Source of the DNA: Emiliania huxleyi CCMP1516
Taxonomy: Eukaryota
Assembly (NCBI RefSeq): GCF_000372725.1
Contig: NW_005202237.1
Span: forward strand, 310,001-374,000
Length of the DNA stretch: 64,000 bases
Direction of reading: 5' to 3'
The position numbers and the translations under genes are program-made. Of the stretch, positions 12,183 to 24,160 are shown one piece after another. The notes beneath the pieces are model-generated. The model saw only the letters and a list, made by a program, of their open reading frames with translations, was not told where the DNA came from and made no database searches. Numbering within the stretch: the stretch's first letter is position 1; each line of letters opens with the position of its first letter.

Positions 12183-15100
12183 TCAGCGAAGCTGCGGCGC
12201 GTACCACCATTCGTCGCCAAGCCGCTCGTCCACCCACACCTCCTCCCCCTCCTCGTCGAAGGCGATCAACATGCCCTTCGAGCTCGACACCTGCACGACC
12301 ACCCCGCTGTACTCCTTGTCAACCGACATGCCGGAGTCCTCCTCCTCCTCCTTGTAGACGACCACCACGCGCGCTCCAGCTTTGGCCTTGGTGGCCTTCG
12401 GCTGCCCCGACTCGTCCTCCTCCATGGCCTCCAGCTCGTCGAGCATCTCCTGGTCGTAGACTGCCTGCTCGAGCTCCTCCTCGTACTTGGCGTCGCGGTC
12501 GAGCTGCGGGAGGAGGCGTGCGGTGTAGCACGAGGTGCGTGTGGCGTGTGCGTGTGCGTGTGCATGTACGTGTGTGTGCCTCATGCTGCCGCCATGCCCC
12601 CAGGTCTTGCCGCGTCCCTGCTCCGTACGCCTACATGTGGTCATGGGCGAGATTCCTGTTTGAGCGAATATTGACGCACTCGGTGCGAGTGTGGGCTCGA
12701 GCCGCGCCTCGAACTCGTCAACCTTGATGTACGGCTGCCCTCGTTGGCGCGTCTTCGCGTCCGACAGCTTCGACTTGACGGCCTGGGCGTGCGAGATCCG
12801 CGCAGCTCGCGCAGCAGCATCGTCCTCGCCAAAGTCCATCACGTACTTGTACCTGTGGGACGTGCAATGTGGCGGCGAGGTGTGTCACGCTTGCAGGGAT
12901 AGTGTCGTACCGCATATCTAAAGTGGCCCACGCGCGTACCAGACGCCGTCGGGCCTTGTGACCTAACTCTCGTACAGCAATGTGTGAGCGGGCAGAGAGG
13001 GTGTGGCGAGCTTGGCGCGAGCGAGAGACAAAACGGAGCCACCTGCGCCAGGTAGCCCCACGAGCGAGTCCACCTGCCGCCCTCTACGCGGGACTCCCAA
13101 AAGGAAGCCTGACCGCCAGGATTGTTGCGGCCTCGCTCGAGCTTGACCACGTCGTCGTCCGCGAGTGTGGCTGCAGACGAGCCCCTCGGACGATACGATG
13201 CGACAGCCTTTGCCCGCTCCTCGCGAGTGGAGACGCCGCTGGAAGTCACCTGCGAACAGATCGGAAGAGTCAGGCCCACTATACATCGGTGGCCACACCA
13301 GCAGGGATGGCGCCCTTGCGCGCACGATGTCCTTGGCGCCGCCATCGAGCACCCAGGCGAAGATAACGTACCCGTACTTGTCGACTAGGCCGTCCGTGCG
13401 GGCAACGGTGCCGGCGGCCACCGTGCGGATCGTGCTCTGCTCCGGAAACTTGACTATGAGCCGGTTCTGCGCCTCCCTGCGAATGGCGGGGGAGGCGAGG
13501 CAGACAGAGGGAGGGATGGTGCAGTCGGAAGAGGAGGGGGTCATGCGCTGCTACGCGGCACCTCTCTGCCTCGTCGCAGACGTGGGGGGACGGGTCGGCG
13601 ACTGGAGCGATGTAGAAGGACAGATGCCCGCCCTCGTAAAGCTCCCGGAGCCGTGGCGTCGTGAGCGGCTTGCCGGTGTTGAGGTCGCGCACGACCGCGT
13701 CCGAGGAGCGAAGCGCGCGGGTCACCTACGCCAAAGAGTGTCCCGTCACTCACAAGAGCCCTCGAGGGGCTGGGGGGGAAGGGGGGGTGCAAAAAAGGGG
13801 GGCCTCCGAGCTCGACAGGGACACGAGTACGCCGTCGCTGTCGAATTGCGCTCTCGACACCTGTATACGGAACATCTATACGTGTGGAGTGTGCGAGCGA
13901 AAAGCACATGTGAAAGTGTGGCCTAAGAGGCACCCGGGCGCCGCCGACGTAGAAGCTTGCGGGCGAGGAGCTGTTGGCGAGCTTCTCCTCGGCCCATTTT
14001 ACGACTGGCGCGACGAGGTTCTCGGCTCGGCCGAAGATCTCGTCTTTCGTGAGCACCTAGTAAAGAGCTGAGCACTAGTGGTGGCAAGGCATGCTACAGG
14101 AGGTGCGTTTAGCCTAGGGAGGCGCAGCGCCTCCCCCGAAGCGCGGACGAGGGCGGCCTGTTGCGCTGCCTTGCGGAACTCATTTGCTGGTCTGGTCATG
14201 CCAGCAGTGGAAGGCCTCGACTTCGCCTGGCCGGCCTCGATCTTCGCTATGTTCTCGGCCTGCGACGCCCCCGTGAGAGGGGTTGGGTGGGGGGCGGGTG
14301 TCGGGCGGGCGGCGGGCGGAAGGGAGGGGAGGGAGGTGGGGCGGGGCGCCGGGGAGGGGGGCCGTGGGGGGCAGAGAGCGAGGGGCGTGTGAGCGAGGGC
14401 GTGTGGCCGGACTGGGGCACACCGTGGTCGGCCTGAGGACAGTGCCCGCCGCCGAGGGCATCTCCTTCGCCTGGCCGGCCTCGATCTTCGCTCTGTTCGC
14501 GGCCTGCGACGCCCCCGTGAGAGGGGGTGGATGGGGGGCGGGTGTCGGGCGGGCGGCGGGCGGAAGGGAGGGGAGGGAGGTGGGGCGGGGCGCCGGGGAG
14601 GGGGGCCGAGGGGGGCAGAGAGCGAGGGGCGTGTGGCCGGGGTGGGGCCTAGGGTGGGGCAAACCGTGTGTGGCACTGTCCTCGTGCCCGCCTCGGAGGG
14701 CCTCGACTTCGCCTGGCCGGCCTCGATCTTCGCTATGTTCTCGGCCTGCGACGCCCCCGTGAGAGGGGGTGGGTGGGGGGCGGGTGTCGGGCGGGCCGCG
14801 GGCGGAAGGGAGGGGAGGGAGGTGGGGCGGGGCGCCAGGGAGGGGGGCCGAAGGGGGCAGAGAGCGAGGGGCGTGTGAGCGAGGGCGTGTGGCCGGACTG
14901 GGGCACACCGTGGTCGGCCTGAGGACTGTGCCGGCCGCCGAGGGCATCTCCTTCGCCTGGCCGGCCTCGATCTTCGCTCTGTTCTCGGCCTGCGACGCCC
15001 CCGTGAGAGGGGGTGGATGGGGGCGGGGTGTCGGGCGGGCGGCGGGCGGAAGGGAGGGGAGGGAGGTGGGGCGGGGCGCCGGTGACGCTCCTCGAGGGGG

Positions 15101-16137
15101 GCAGAGAGCGAGGGGCGTGTGGCCGGGGTGGGGCCTAGGGTGGGGCAAACCGTGTGTGGCACGAGGGCAGTGCCGGCCCTCGAGGGTATAATTCCATGCT
15201 TCCACGTGATTTGCACTGCCGCGAGCACGTCGCGAGAGTGGATGGCCTAACGGACATGACATGCACATGCTACAATCTCGAGTGATCTCAAGTGAACTTG
15301 AGCGGCAAGGCCGCCTCTAGACGGGCCGGAGGTGGCTTCCCTTCATGGGAGGCGGACATCATCGCCGCGTTTGTTCTCACGAGCTTCTTCCTCTGGTTAA
15401 AAGTCATGTCCTTGAGGTCTGGCACGTGCACGCCATTCGCCTGGAGATATTCGCGGATGTCGGCATCAGTAGCTAGAGCTGGTCCCGGATAGTCGTCCAC
15501 GCCGCTTCCCACAAGAATTAGTCCACCAATAAAACCATTAGGCGGCTGGTGGTAGCGGAAGGCGTATGGGAAGTACTCCGACATGTTCATGCCTGATAGG
15601 AGCATAGGACAGGGATGGAGATACATTTGTGTTAGGGATTTGATGTGGAAGAAAGCCAGCACCGATAAAGTAGTTGCGTTCCCGAGTCGTCAACTCGCTC
15701 CCGTCCTGCTGCAGCTCGTAGGTGAGGTGCTGCGTCCAGCTAGACGAGGCCACCAACTGCGCCAAAGTGGCCGGCCAGTCCTTTAGAGGCACGCGGATCT
15801 TGCACATGTCGCTACTGCCGCTTTGCCTCTGCCTCTTTGCCGCCGGCATGTCCTCGGCCTGCTCACCTGTGGCCAGCCCTCGAAGACCCTGGCCAAGGCT
15901 GCGCGGCGCTGTGTCAGCCACAATTGGCCAGCACGAATCTGAAGAATCGGGCTCCTCATATGCCCATGGCAGCCGAGGCAGTGCGCCGCCGAGGCTGAGG
16001 CCAATGAAGGCGAGTCCGAGCAGGAGGCCGCCGACCACCCCGCCCGTTCTGCTGACGGAGGAGCGGGAAGACCCGCTCGGGCGGCGCGACGCGGAGATGT
16101 CGTCCGTATCGATCATCTCGACCTGAGAGTATTGCAT
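12183..16137 (-). CDS. Multi-exon hypothetical protein: N-terminal TM helix, repeated 27-aa exons, C-terminal Tudor/SH3-like barrel; may be more than one gene
   Basis: Protein-like minus-strand segments in successive frames: MQYSQVEM...GGVVGGLLLGLAFIGLSLGG; FRYHQPPNGFIGGLILVGSG; AENxAKIEAGQAK x4; EIFGRAENLVAPVVKWAEEKL; GYVIFAWVLDGG; GARVVVVY...EYSGVVVQVSSSKGMLIAFDEEGEEVWVD...WWY. Exact exon map not resolved. Confidence 0.5.
14215..15185. repeat. Tandem repeat of ~243 bp exon+intron units (4 copies, A/B alternation, 486 bp higher-order period)
   Basis: CTTCGCCTGGCCGGCCTCGATCTTCGCT at 14221, 14465, 14707, 14951. Confidence 0.93.
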
Positions 16138-16297
16138 CTTGTCGAGCGACTCCAGTCGAGAGAGAGGAAGCAGGAAAGAGCGGCTCGCGATCGACTTCCG
16201 ATGACCAACTTAAAGAATTTGGACAGGAAAGGGAGCTTAGCGAAACTCTCTCTCTCCGACTTAAGAAATTTTCGACCTCGGGACTGGCGCGAATTGC

Positions 16298-16402
16298 TTG
16301 TGGGTGCAAGCACACGTGGGAATAGCCTGCAACGCATACGCCGACGCGGTGGCGACAGCATACCTCGGAAATAACGACACGGAGGACGTTGGGCTCAACG
16401 AG
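16298..16402 (+). mobile_element. RNase H C-terminal fragment, probable non-LTR retroelement relic
   Basis: LWVQAHVGIACNAYADAVATAYL matches the RNase HI terminal motif WVxxHxGIxxNxxADxxA; no upstream RNase H or RT sequence is in frame. Confidence 0.65.
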
Positions 16403-17448
16403 GTTTGCCTCTCGCACCCCGTCTGTTTTCCTTTCCTTTTTTCTCTACAACACCCTCTGTTTTCCTCTCTATTTTCCGGGGAAAACGCCGTTAAAATCGT
16501 CATTTTTTGGGCTCTGAGCTGAGTCTGAGGCTGTTTTGGGGCCAAAACCAGCAAAATCGGCAAAATACCGGTATTTTGCGGGTATACTAACTTTTTCATG
16601 GTACATACCTGGAAAATACCCGGGTCGTTTGCCGATTTCCTCAATTTTGCCTCAGATTTTGCCCCAGACCAGCTCTCAGACTCAGGGAAACTCGCGAGTT
16701 TCCCGAGGGAAACTCGAGAGAAACCGAATGGACTCAAGAGAAGCGCCTGCGCCAAGCTCAACGCAGCGTTTGTCGCAAGAGAGTTTGGAAAAAAAGAAAA
16801 CCCGTGGGCCCTCTGGTTCTTTCTTTCTTTCTTTACAATGGTGTTGGCGCCGACAGCTGACGACGGGATTGGATTGCTAGTGCGTATCCGTCCGGGACGA
16901 ATGCTACCATCCGCGGACCTTTTTTATTTCTTTGCGCTGATGCAACAAATGACGTGTGAGTGGAGTGTTTGGTTCCCCCCCCCCCCCCCCCAAACTTTAA
17001 ACCACCATAAACATCAGTCTGCCAGGGCTCCACCTCCAGGCCCCAAAGCGGCCTACCGGCCTTGTGACCCTTGTCCGCTGCTGTCCCCGGGTCCCCGCAG
17101 CTTGAGCTGCCCCTGCACGGCGACCATCGCGTTGGCGGTCTGCGCAGCAAGTTGATCTCTCTCGCTCTGCCGCCGCCGCCGCGTCCACGGGGCGGTCCGT
17201 CAGCGGGTCGTCGCGCAGCCGCCCATCGGCGTCGGCAGCCAGCCTCGATCATGGCAGCTTGTTCGCTTGGGAAGACTGCCCAAAAGAACTTCACCGTCCT
17301 CCACATCGATCTCGAAAGAAAGGGAGGGACCAGTCCGGAGTGCCCCGCGACGGCTGCCGCTAGAGATGCCCCGCGACGGGCGGAAAGAAACCCCCTATCT
17401 GCTAAGGAGCCCGAACCCCCGGTCTGTATGACCGCTGAAGAGTGATAC

Positions 17449-20400
17449 ATGCGCGCTCGCGGCAAGCAGGGCGCCGCCAGCGAGCCCGAGACGGACTCGC
17501 TGTCTGACACCTCGGACACCGACAAGTACGCAAAGCGCAGCGACGACAGCTGCAGTGCGGGCCTCAGCGACGGCCGCGCGCTGCGCTGGCTGCTCGGCGC
17601 GGGCGTGTTGACTCGCTTCTACGGCCTCGCGTGGCCCGACGAGGTGGTCTTTGACGAGGTGCACTTTGGAAAGTTTATCACCGGATATTTGACCGGGCAG
17701 TACTTTTTCGACATCCACCCGCCGACCGGAAAGCTGCTCATCGCCGCCGTCGCCTGGGCGAGCGGCTTCCGCGGCACGCAGCCGTTTCAAAAGATCGGCG
17801 AGGCGTACCGGGTTGGCACGAACCTCTTCGCGCTGCGCGCCCTGCCGGCCGCGTTCGGCGCCGCGCTGCCGCCGCTCCTGTTCTCGCTCGCGCGGCAGCT
17901 CGGCTGCTCCTCCGCCTCCTCTCTCTTGGTCGGGTGCCTCGTCCTCCTCGACGGCGCGACGCTGGTGCGGCGGCCCTCCCGACACATCCCCTCCCGACGC
18001 AGACGCGGCGCAGCAGCTCCCAGCACACACCTCCCGGCGCAGAGAAGCACGTCACGGGGGCACGCGCCGCTTCGCACGCGCATGCACACCCGCGCGCACA
18101 CACACACACACGCGAACCCACTCGAACCCGCGCGAACCGGTGCTCTTCTTCCCCGAGCGTGCTCAGCCCGGCGCACGTGCTCGGCAGGTCGAGTCGCGCC
18201 TCCTGCTCACCGACTCGTCCCTCTTCTTTTGGGAGGCGACCCCCCTCTCCCCCCCCCCCCCCCCACACACACACACAACTCGGGAGATGTGGAGGCTCTG
18301 ACTCGGAAGGGTCTCTCACACCCTGTGAGGCGTCCCGCAGGCTCTGCAGCTGCTCTGCGCGCTGCGCGCCTCCGCCGCCCCCGCCAACGGCGCCGCCGCC
18401 CACACTACACCTCACGCGCACCCGCTCGCGCCTCCTCACGCCGTGCGCTGTGAGCAGGCGCCGCCTTCCACGCCTACCTCGCCCTCACCGGCGTCGCGAT
18501 CGGCGTGCCTCCCGCGCCTCCCGCGCCCGCAGACGGACGCCCGGCCCCTTACTCGCGGAGGGTGCGCGTGTGTGCGCGCCCGCAGGCGCCGCCGTCTCGA
18601 CAAAGTGGACCGCCCTCGCCACAATGGGCGTGGTCGGGCTCGACTCGCTTCGCCAGCTGCTCGCCGCTGCGCATGCCGCCCTCGACTCTGCCTCCCGCCC
18701 GCCCGCCTCGCCGCCCCTCCCCCCGCCCGAGGGCCTTCTCGAGGACTTGCTCGCCGGGGAGGGAGAGGCGCGCCGCGGGAGGGCGGAGGAGGAGGGGATG
18801 GAGGCTGGCGACGCGGTCGCGCGTATGCTCGAGCGAAGCGACGCCGCCCACGGCCCGTCCGCTGCCGCCCCGCCCCCCGGCGGCAGAGCTTTCCCCGCGG
18901 CGGTCGATGGCGGTGCTGCCGGCGGCGGCGGGGCTGGCGGCACTGGTGGCGGCGATGGCGACGCGAGGCGACGCACCTCCGCCGCGCTCGCGCCCGTGGC
19001 GATGGAGGCGATGGCTCGGCTCGTATGGCTGCTGCTGCTGCCGGCGACCATCTACCTCGGCAGCATGGCGCTGCACCTGAAGCTGCTCCCTTTCGCCGGG
19101 CGCGGAGACAACTTCCACCCAAAGCCCTTCCGCTGTCGGCTCGGGCTTGCGCCGCGCCGCGGACCGCGGGCTGCCGTCACTTTGCCCGTCACGTGTCCGC
19201 GGCTTGACTCGCACAGGCTGGCGCCACGCCGCGACCCCGACACGGGCGCCGTGCTTGGCCCCGCCACTCCGCAGGCCGACTGCTACTAATGAACTCGTAA
19301 TGAACGATCAGCTATCAAAGGAGTCGGCCCCGCCACTCCGCAGGCCGACTGCATCGCCGCGGGCTGCGCGGCGTGCAGGGGGCAGGCGCCTTCCTCCCCC
19401 TCTCAAGCCCCTCCTCTCCTCTCCCACTCTCCTTCTCCCTCGCCTCTCGCCCCTCGCCCCCCTCTCCCCCCCCCCCCCCCCACAAAAACACACAAATCGG
19501 GAGATGTGGAGGCTCTGACTCGGAAGGGTCTCTCACACCCTGTGAGGCGTCCCGCAGGCTCTGCAGCTGCTCTGCGCGCTGGGCGCCTCCGCCGCCCCCG
19601 CCAAAGGGGCCGCCGCCCACACTAAACCTCAAGCGCACCCGCTCGCGCCTCCTCACGCCGTGGGCTGTGAGCAGGCGCCGCCTTCCACGCCTACCTCGCC
19701 CTCACCGGGGTCGCGATCGGCGCGCCTCCCGCGCCTCCCGCGCCCGAAGAAGGAAGCCCGGCCCCTTACTCCCGGAGGGTGCGCGTGTGTGCGCGCCCGC
19801 AGGCGCCGCCGTCTCGACAAAGTGGACCGCCCTCGCCACAATGGGCGTGGTCGGGCTCGACTCGCTTCGCCAGCTGCTCGCCGCTGCGCATGCCGCCCTC
19901 GACTCTGCCTCCCGCCCGCCCGCCTCGTCGCCCCTCCCCCCGCCCGANNNNNNNNNNNNNNNNNNNNNNNNNNNNNNNNNNNNNNNNNNNNNNNNNNNNN
20001 NNNNNNNNNNNNNNNNNNNNNNNNNNNNNNNNNNNNNNNNNNNNNNNCACCCCTCCTCGCCCATCGCCGCCTCGCGCCGCGCCTCCGCATGCTCGCGCCC
20101 CCCCCCCGCCCCCCTCCCCCTCTCAAGGAGCTTGTCGCATGCCGCCGCAGGCTCCCAGCCCGTCTTCTACTGGTCCTCGACAAAGTGCTACGCCGACCAC
20201 TACTGCCGCATCTACATGGCGGCGAACCCGATCGTGTGGGGCGTCGGCCTCACCGGCCTCGCCGCGCTCCTCCTCCTCCTCCTCGGCCGCCTCTGCTCCT
20301 GCGGCGCGCGGCGGAGGTGCGCGCAGCTGCCGGACACCGCTCCACCCACCCCCTGCCGCCCCTCCCCCTGCCGCTCCTCCCCCTATCGCTCCTCCCACCG

Positions 20401-20899
20401 GAAGAGCCCTCACGCTGCCGCCCTCACGCTGCCGCCCTCACGCTGCCGCCCGAGGCGCAGGCTTGGCACGGCGCGAGGCGCGCCTGCCGCGGTGCGGCAC
20501 GGCTGGCTGCTGCTGTGCGGCCACGCGCTGGGGTGGCTCCCCTTCGCGGCCGTCAAGCGCGTCGCGTTCCTCTACCACTACATCCCCTCCCTCCACCTCT
20601 CCCTCCTCGCCGCCGGGCTCGCCCTCGACCACCTCCTCCTTGCACACCCCGCGCCGCGCCGCGCGCCCGCTGCGGCACTGGCGACCCCCTCGCAACTCGA
20701 CCTGGCCGTCGCGCTGACCATCGCCCTCGCGGCGGCGAGCTTCCTCTTCTTCCTCCCGCTCTACCTCGGCTGGCCCATCGAGCCGGCGGACTCGCGCTGG
20801 CGCGCGAAGCTGCTCGACCCGTGCCGGCCGGTGCTCGAGTGGGTGGACAGCCACGTGGTGCCAGCCCTGTTCCCCAACGTGTCGGCGGTGGAGCAGTGA
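17449..20899 (+). CDS. PMT: Dolichyl-phosphate-mannose:protein O-mannosyltransferase (PMT, GT39), multi-exon, spans an assembly gap
   Basis: VVFDEVHFGKFITGYLTGQYFFDIHPPTGKLL (DE motif and DxHPP), VESRLLLTDS, VSTKWTAL, LLPFAGRGDNF, PVFYW...IYMAANPIVW, WLPF...RVAFLYHYIPSL (PMT C-terminal 4TM region). Confidence 0.92.
19465..19947 (+). repeat. Imperfect duplicate of 18245-18729 next to the gap, probably an assembly artefact
   Basis: Same PMT exon/intron sequence with scattered substitutions, ending at the N run. Confidence 0.8.
19948..20047. other. Assembly gap (100 N)
   Basis: N run. Confidence 1.
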
Positions 20900-21200
20900 G
20901 AGAGAGCGCGTCCCGCACGCGTCGCATCGCGAGCGCGCTCCCTCCCCTTCTCCGACCCGTTACGCGTCTGCATGTATCAAGTCCGTTTTGTATATATCAC
21001 ACAATATTTATCTATCTGTTCAGTACACGTTTAAATCCTCGGCCTCTGTGCACTGTGGAACATATTGGTCACATTGCTCGGGGGCCCTTGGCAACCATCA
21101 TGTCGATATATCGCTCATCGTGCACAAATCCTCCGCAGAGGTAAACTCTCTGGAGCGTCACTCGCGCCTGGTATGCAGTGGGGCTATCAGAGAGTGGGGT

Positions 21201-23060
21201 TCAGAGAGTGGGGCTTTCAGAGGCCTCCGCGGGGGGCCGCCGGGCATGGGTGCCCCACTGCATGCCCAACGCGATCGTCTCGTTCGTCTCGCGGTACGCC
21301 TCTGGCCTGCCGAGCATGTCTGCCGCCGCCGCGAGGTTGGCGGGCATGCTCGCGGCGTCGGAAGTGTTCGGGCTGGCGAGCAGCGAGCGGAAGGAGAGGA
21401 GGATGGCGCGCACGCCGCCTGCGCAAGACCAGGCATCCCGATCCCGCAGCAAGTCCATGCAGACCGCGCCGCTGCATGGGTCTATGTTGGGATGGTGCGG
21501 GACGGGACGGTTCACGATGAGCTTCGGCGCCACGTTCGGCCACTCGCCGCCGCAGCAAGCTGGACAGAAGCGGAGAGTGCACCGGACCCGCCGGTCCTGC
21601 CACGGCGTCCCTTCGGGGCCCTCGACGAACGCAGTCCACGTGTGGAGGCGCGTCTCGTCCTCGGGGAAAGCGGAGACGCCGCTGCCGGCGCAATGTCTGT
21701 GAAAGTGCATGAGCTCCGCAAGGAGGGCGCGCGAGAGGTTGCTGGTGATGCACGACGGAGAGCACACGTGCACAGCCGCGGCCCTCCCCGCCGGCGCTTG
21801 CAAGAATTGGATCGCCTGCATCGCCTGGCGGAGCGGGGCGGTGCCTCTCGAGCTCAGCGAACTCCCCGCACCGGTCGAGGCCTGTAGCTCGCGCCCGTCC
21901 GCACTCGCGAGCAGCATCTCCTCCAACGCCACCGCGAGGGCGTAGAGGGAGTGGTTGGAGCGCGACCGGTTTGGGCCGTGCAAGAAGCCGCGCGCCAGGC
22001 GGAGCAGGCCGGCGCCGAGGCCGCAGGGACTGGGCGAGATGCGCAGCAGCCGGCAGAGCGGCGCCTCCTCGACGAGCGCACCGCCGGTAGACGCCTCCTC
22101 CTCCGCCTCCGCGGCCTCCGCCTCTGCGGCCTCAGCGTTGTCCCTGCCCGTGTACGCGCTCCAGGGGACGGCGGCACGCGATTGGAGCAGCTGCAGCGCC
22201 GAGTGCACAAGCGCGCGGCCCGTGATGCGCGCGCGAAGCCGTGACGCCGCAGAAGCGGTGCCGCTCTCTGCGAGAGGCTCCAGCGCGGCTGTGACCTCCT
22301 GACGCAAGGCGGCGGCCAGCTCCCCGCGCTGGAGCGTGCCGCACGCGCGGTGGAGTGCCAGCGTCATCGCCCGCCCCACCACCACCCCCTCGGCCGGGAT
22401 GGGGCGGGCCCACTCGACAGTCCTAGGCTTGAACCCGCGCAAACGCTGGCGCGGCAAGCCCAAGACGGAGAAGCTCCCGGTAACTGGTTCGTCAGCCTGC
22501 GCAGCCTGCGCGGTCCAGTCGCGTATCGCCGCCGCGAGCTCGTCTCGATCCCGAGCGAAGTCTGCCGGCGCGCCATCAAACCGCTGCAGCCGCGCTTGCA
22601 CAGCAAGGGTGCATCCGATGTGCTCGGCGAGGTGGAGGATGGCGTGACGCACCGCGATGATTTGCCGGAGCGAGCCGCCCGTCATCGACACCGCGCACAG
22701 AATGCGAGGCAGTCGCACGGCAAACTTCACCGCGTCCTCAAAGGCAGGCTTCTGAACGGCCCACTCGACGAGGCTGTACTCTTTCGGCGTGCGCCGCAGA
22801 GCGTCCCACCGTGGCAGCCCCGCCAGCTGGCATGCGTGCCCAAACGCGAGGGATGGCTCATCGTACGCCGCGGCAACGATCCAGTTGACGTTCACCTCCT
22901 CGCTCTCGATGCGGCACAAAACCGTGCGGATGTGGCGGAGGGCGGGCGCACGGGTTGTTTTGGCCACGAGGACGAGCCTGCGCGCAGCAGCGAGCGAGGC
23001 AAGCGCGACGAACTCGCCAACGTCCTCCTCGATGATGGACGTGAGAGAGGGCGACGCCAT
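21201..23060 (-). CDS. Large protein (~619 aa) with C-terminal ubiquitin-conjugating (E2/UBC) domain
   Basis: RALLAEL...WTAFVEGPEGTPW...WPNVAPKL...HHPNIDPCSGAVCMDLL...W...RAILLSFRSLLASPN...PAN: HPN motif and catalytic Cys present. ATG MASPSL at 23060. Confidence 0.88.
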   Translation of the reverse strand: MASPSLTSIIEEDVGEFVALASLAAARRLVLVAKTTRAPALRHIRTVLCRIESEEVNVNWIVAAAYDEPSLAFGHACQLAGLPRWDALRRTPKEYSLVEWAVQKPAFEDAVKFAVRLPRILCAVSMTGGSLRQIIAVRHAILHLAEHIGCTLAVQARLQRFDGAPADFARDRDELAAAIRDWTAQAAQADEPVTGSFSVLGLPRQRLRGFKPRTVEWARPIPAEGVVVGRAMTLALHRACGTLQRGELAAALRQEVTAALEPLAESGTASAASRLRARITGRALVHSALQLLQSRAAVPWSAYTGRDNAEAAEAEAAEAEEEASTGGALVEEAPLCRLLRISPSPCGLGAGLLRLARGFLHGPNRSRSNHSLYALAVALEEMLLASADGRELQASTGAGSSLSSRGTAPLRQAMQAIQFLQAPAGRAAAVHVCSPSCITSNLSRALLAELMHFHRHCAGSGVSAFPEDETRLHTWTAFVEGPEGTPWQDRRVRCTLRFCPACCGGEWPNVAPKLIVNRPVPHHPNIDPCSGAVCMDLLRDRDAWSCAGGVRAILLSFRSLLASPNTSDAASMPANLAAAADMLGRPEAYRETNETIALGMQWGTHARRPPAEASESPTL

Positions 23061-23405
23061 AACGTGGGTGCACGAGGCCCGTGAGGGGCTTCGGCACCCG
23101 GTCCAGACGATGAGCGAGTAGGCAGAATGGCGCGGTCCGCGAGGAGCGCGCGCGGCGGTCCGGTCCCACGCAAGTCGGCGAGGCCCGGCGAGGCCCGCAA
23201 GTAGTGTCGGAATTCTTTTTGTTCGACTCTGTGAGTGAAGTGTCAGTCCCGTGCCTAGTGTCGAGCGAGGGAGTTTTGTTCTAAAATCCTTTTTGTCGTT
23301 TGGTTCATCTCCGCCCGCGTCTCCTGCCACCCAAAAGAGAAAAGTGGCCGCTTGCATTCTAAACAGCGCTACTTCTGATTGATATTCCCGCACCCTCCCG
23401 CATGG

Positions 23406-24160
23406 ATGGTGATACCCGTCGACTCAACAGTGGTAGGCTCTACCATGCGCTTCATTCCGTGGTCTGTGGTGGGCAATCCGGCCCTCCTCCAGCTGCCCCC
23501 TCCTCCTCCGGGGATGCAACCGTCGTGGGCCCAGATTCCGCAGTGGGTCGCCATCAGTGCGCTGCTCCCCTTCAGTGAGCCCGAGCCCGCTGTGGCCGCC
23601 CACTTTGACAGGCTCAGCGTCTTGCGGCTGGCCGTATCGGCCGCGGCTTGGCGCCGCATCCTCGGTGCCTTGTCCGACCTCGGCGTTTTCGGCACGGTGC
23701 ACGTGGATGAGGATGCGTTCCGTACGGTGTGCATCCAGGCTCTGCACTCCCGCCAAATCCCGGTGCCCGAGCTCTATCTGCAGTGGGGCGATTTGGGGCA
23801 CTCTGAGGCTATCGTGCCCTTGGGACCAGCGCCATCTGCAGAAGCGAAGGCCGTCGACTTCTTGCAGTACGCGACGGTCGGGGCTCTTTGCGACCCTACG
23901 GCCGACGTCCCGTTCGCAGCCCTGTCTGACATGACCCGCTGCTTGGGGCCCGTCTTCACGGCGGCGGCGCGCGTCGATCCCATGGGGAGCGCCGTCGTGG
24001 GGGCTGCATCGCTCGCCGCCGCCGCTGGTCACATTACTCCACGAGCGAGCGATGGGCATCCTGCCCTGCTCTCTCGGCATGTGATCAGCATGCTGAAGAC
24101 TACCCGCTCGAGTTTCCCGGCCTGCCTGAGGACCAACTCCTTTCAGAACTACTCTGCGGA
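23406..24160 (+). pseudogene. Hypothetical ORF, apparently cut off by a repeat-rich element end
   Basis: ~250 codons of globular-looking sequence (MRFIPWSVVG...LRLAVSAAAWRRILGALSDLGVF...) switch abruptly to GC repeats at ~24160. Preceded by the recurring AGTCCCGTGCCTAGTG motif. Confidence 0.4.

Noticed and set aside
18245..19947. Internal exon duplication in PMT as real biology
   Set aside because: The second copy has scattered read-error-like changes and ends at an N gap, so it is most likely a misassembly.
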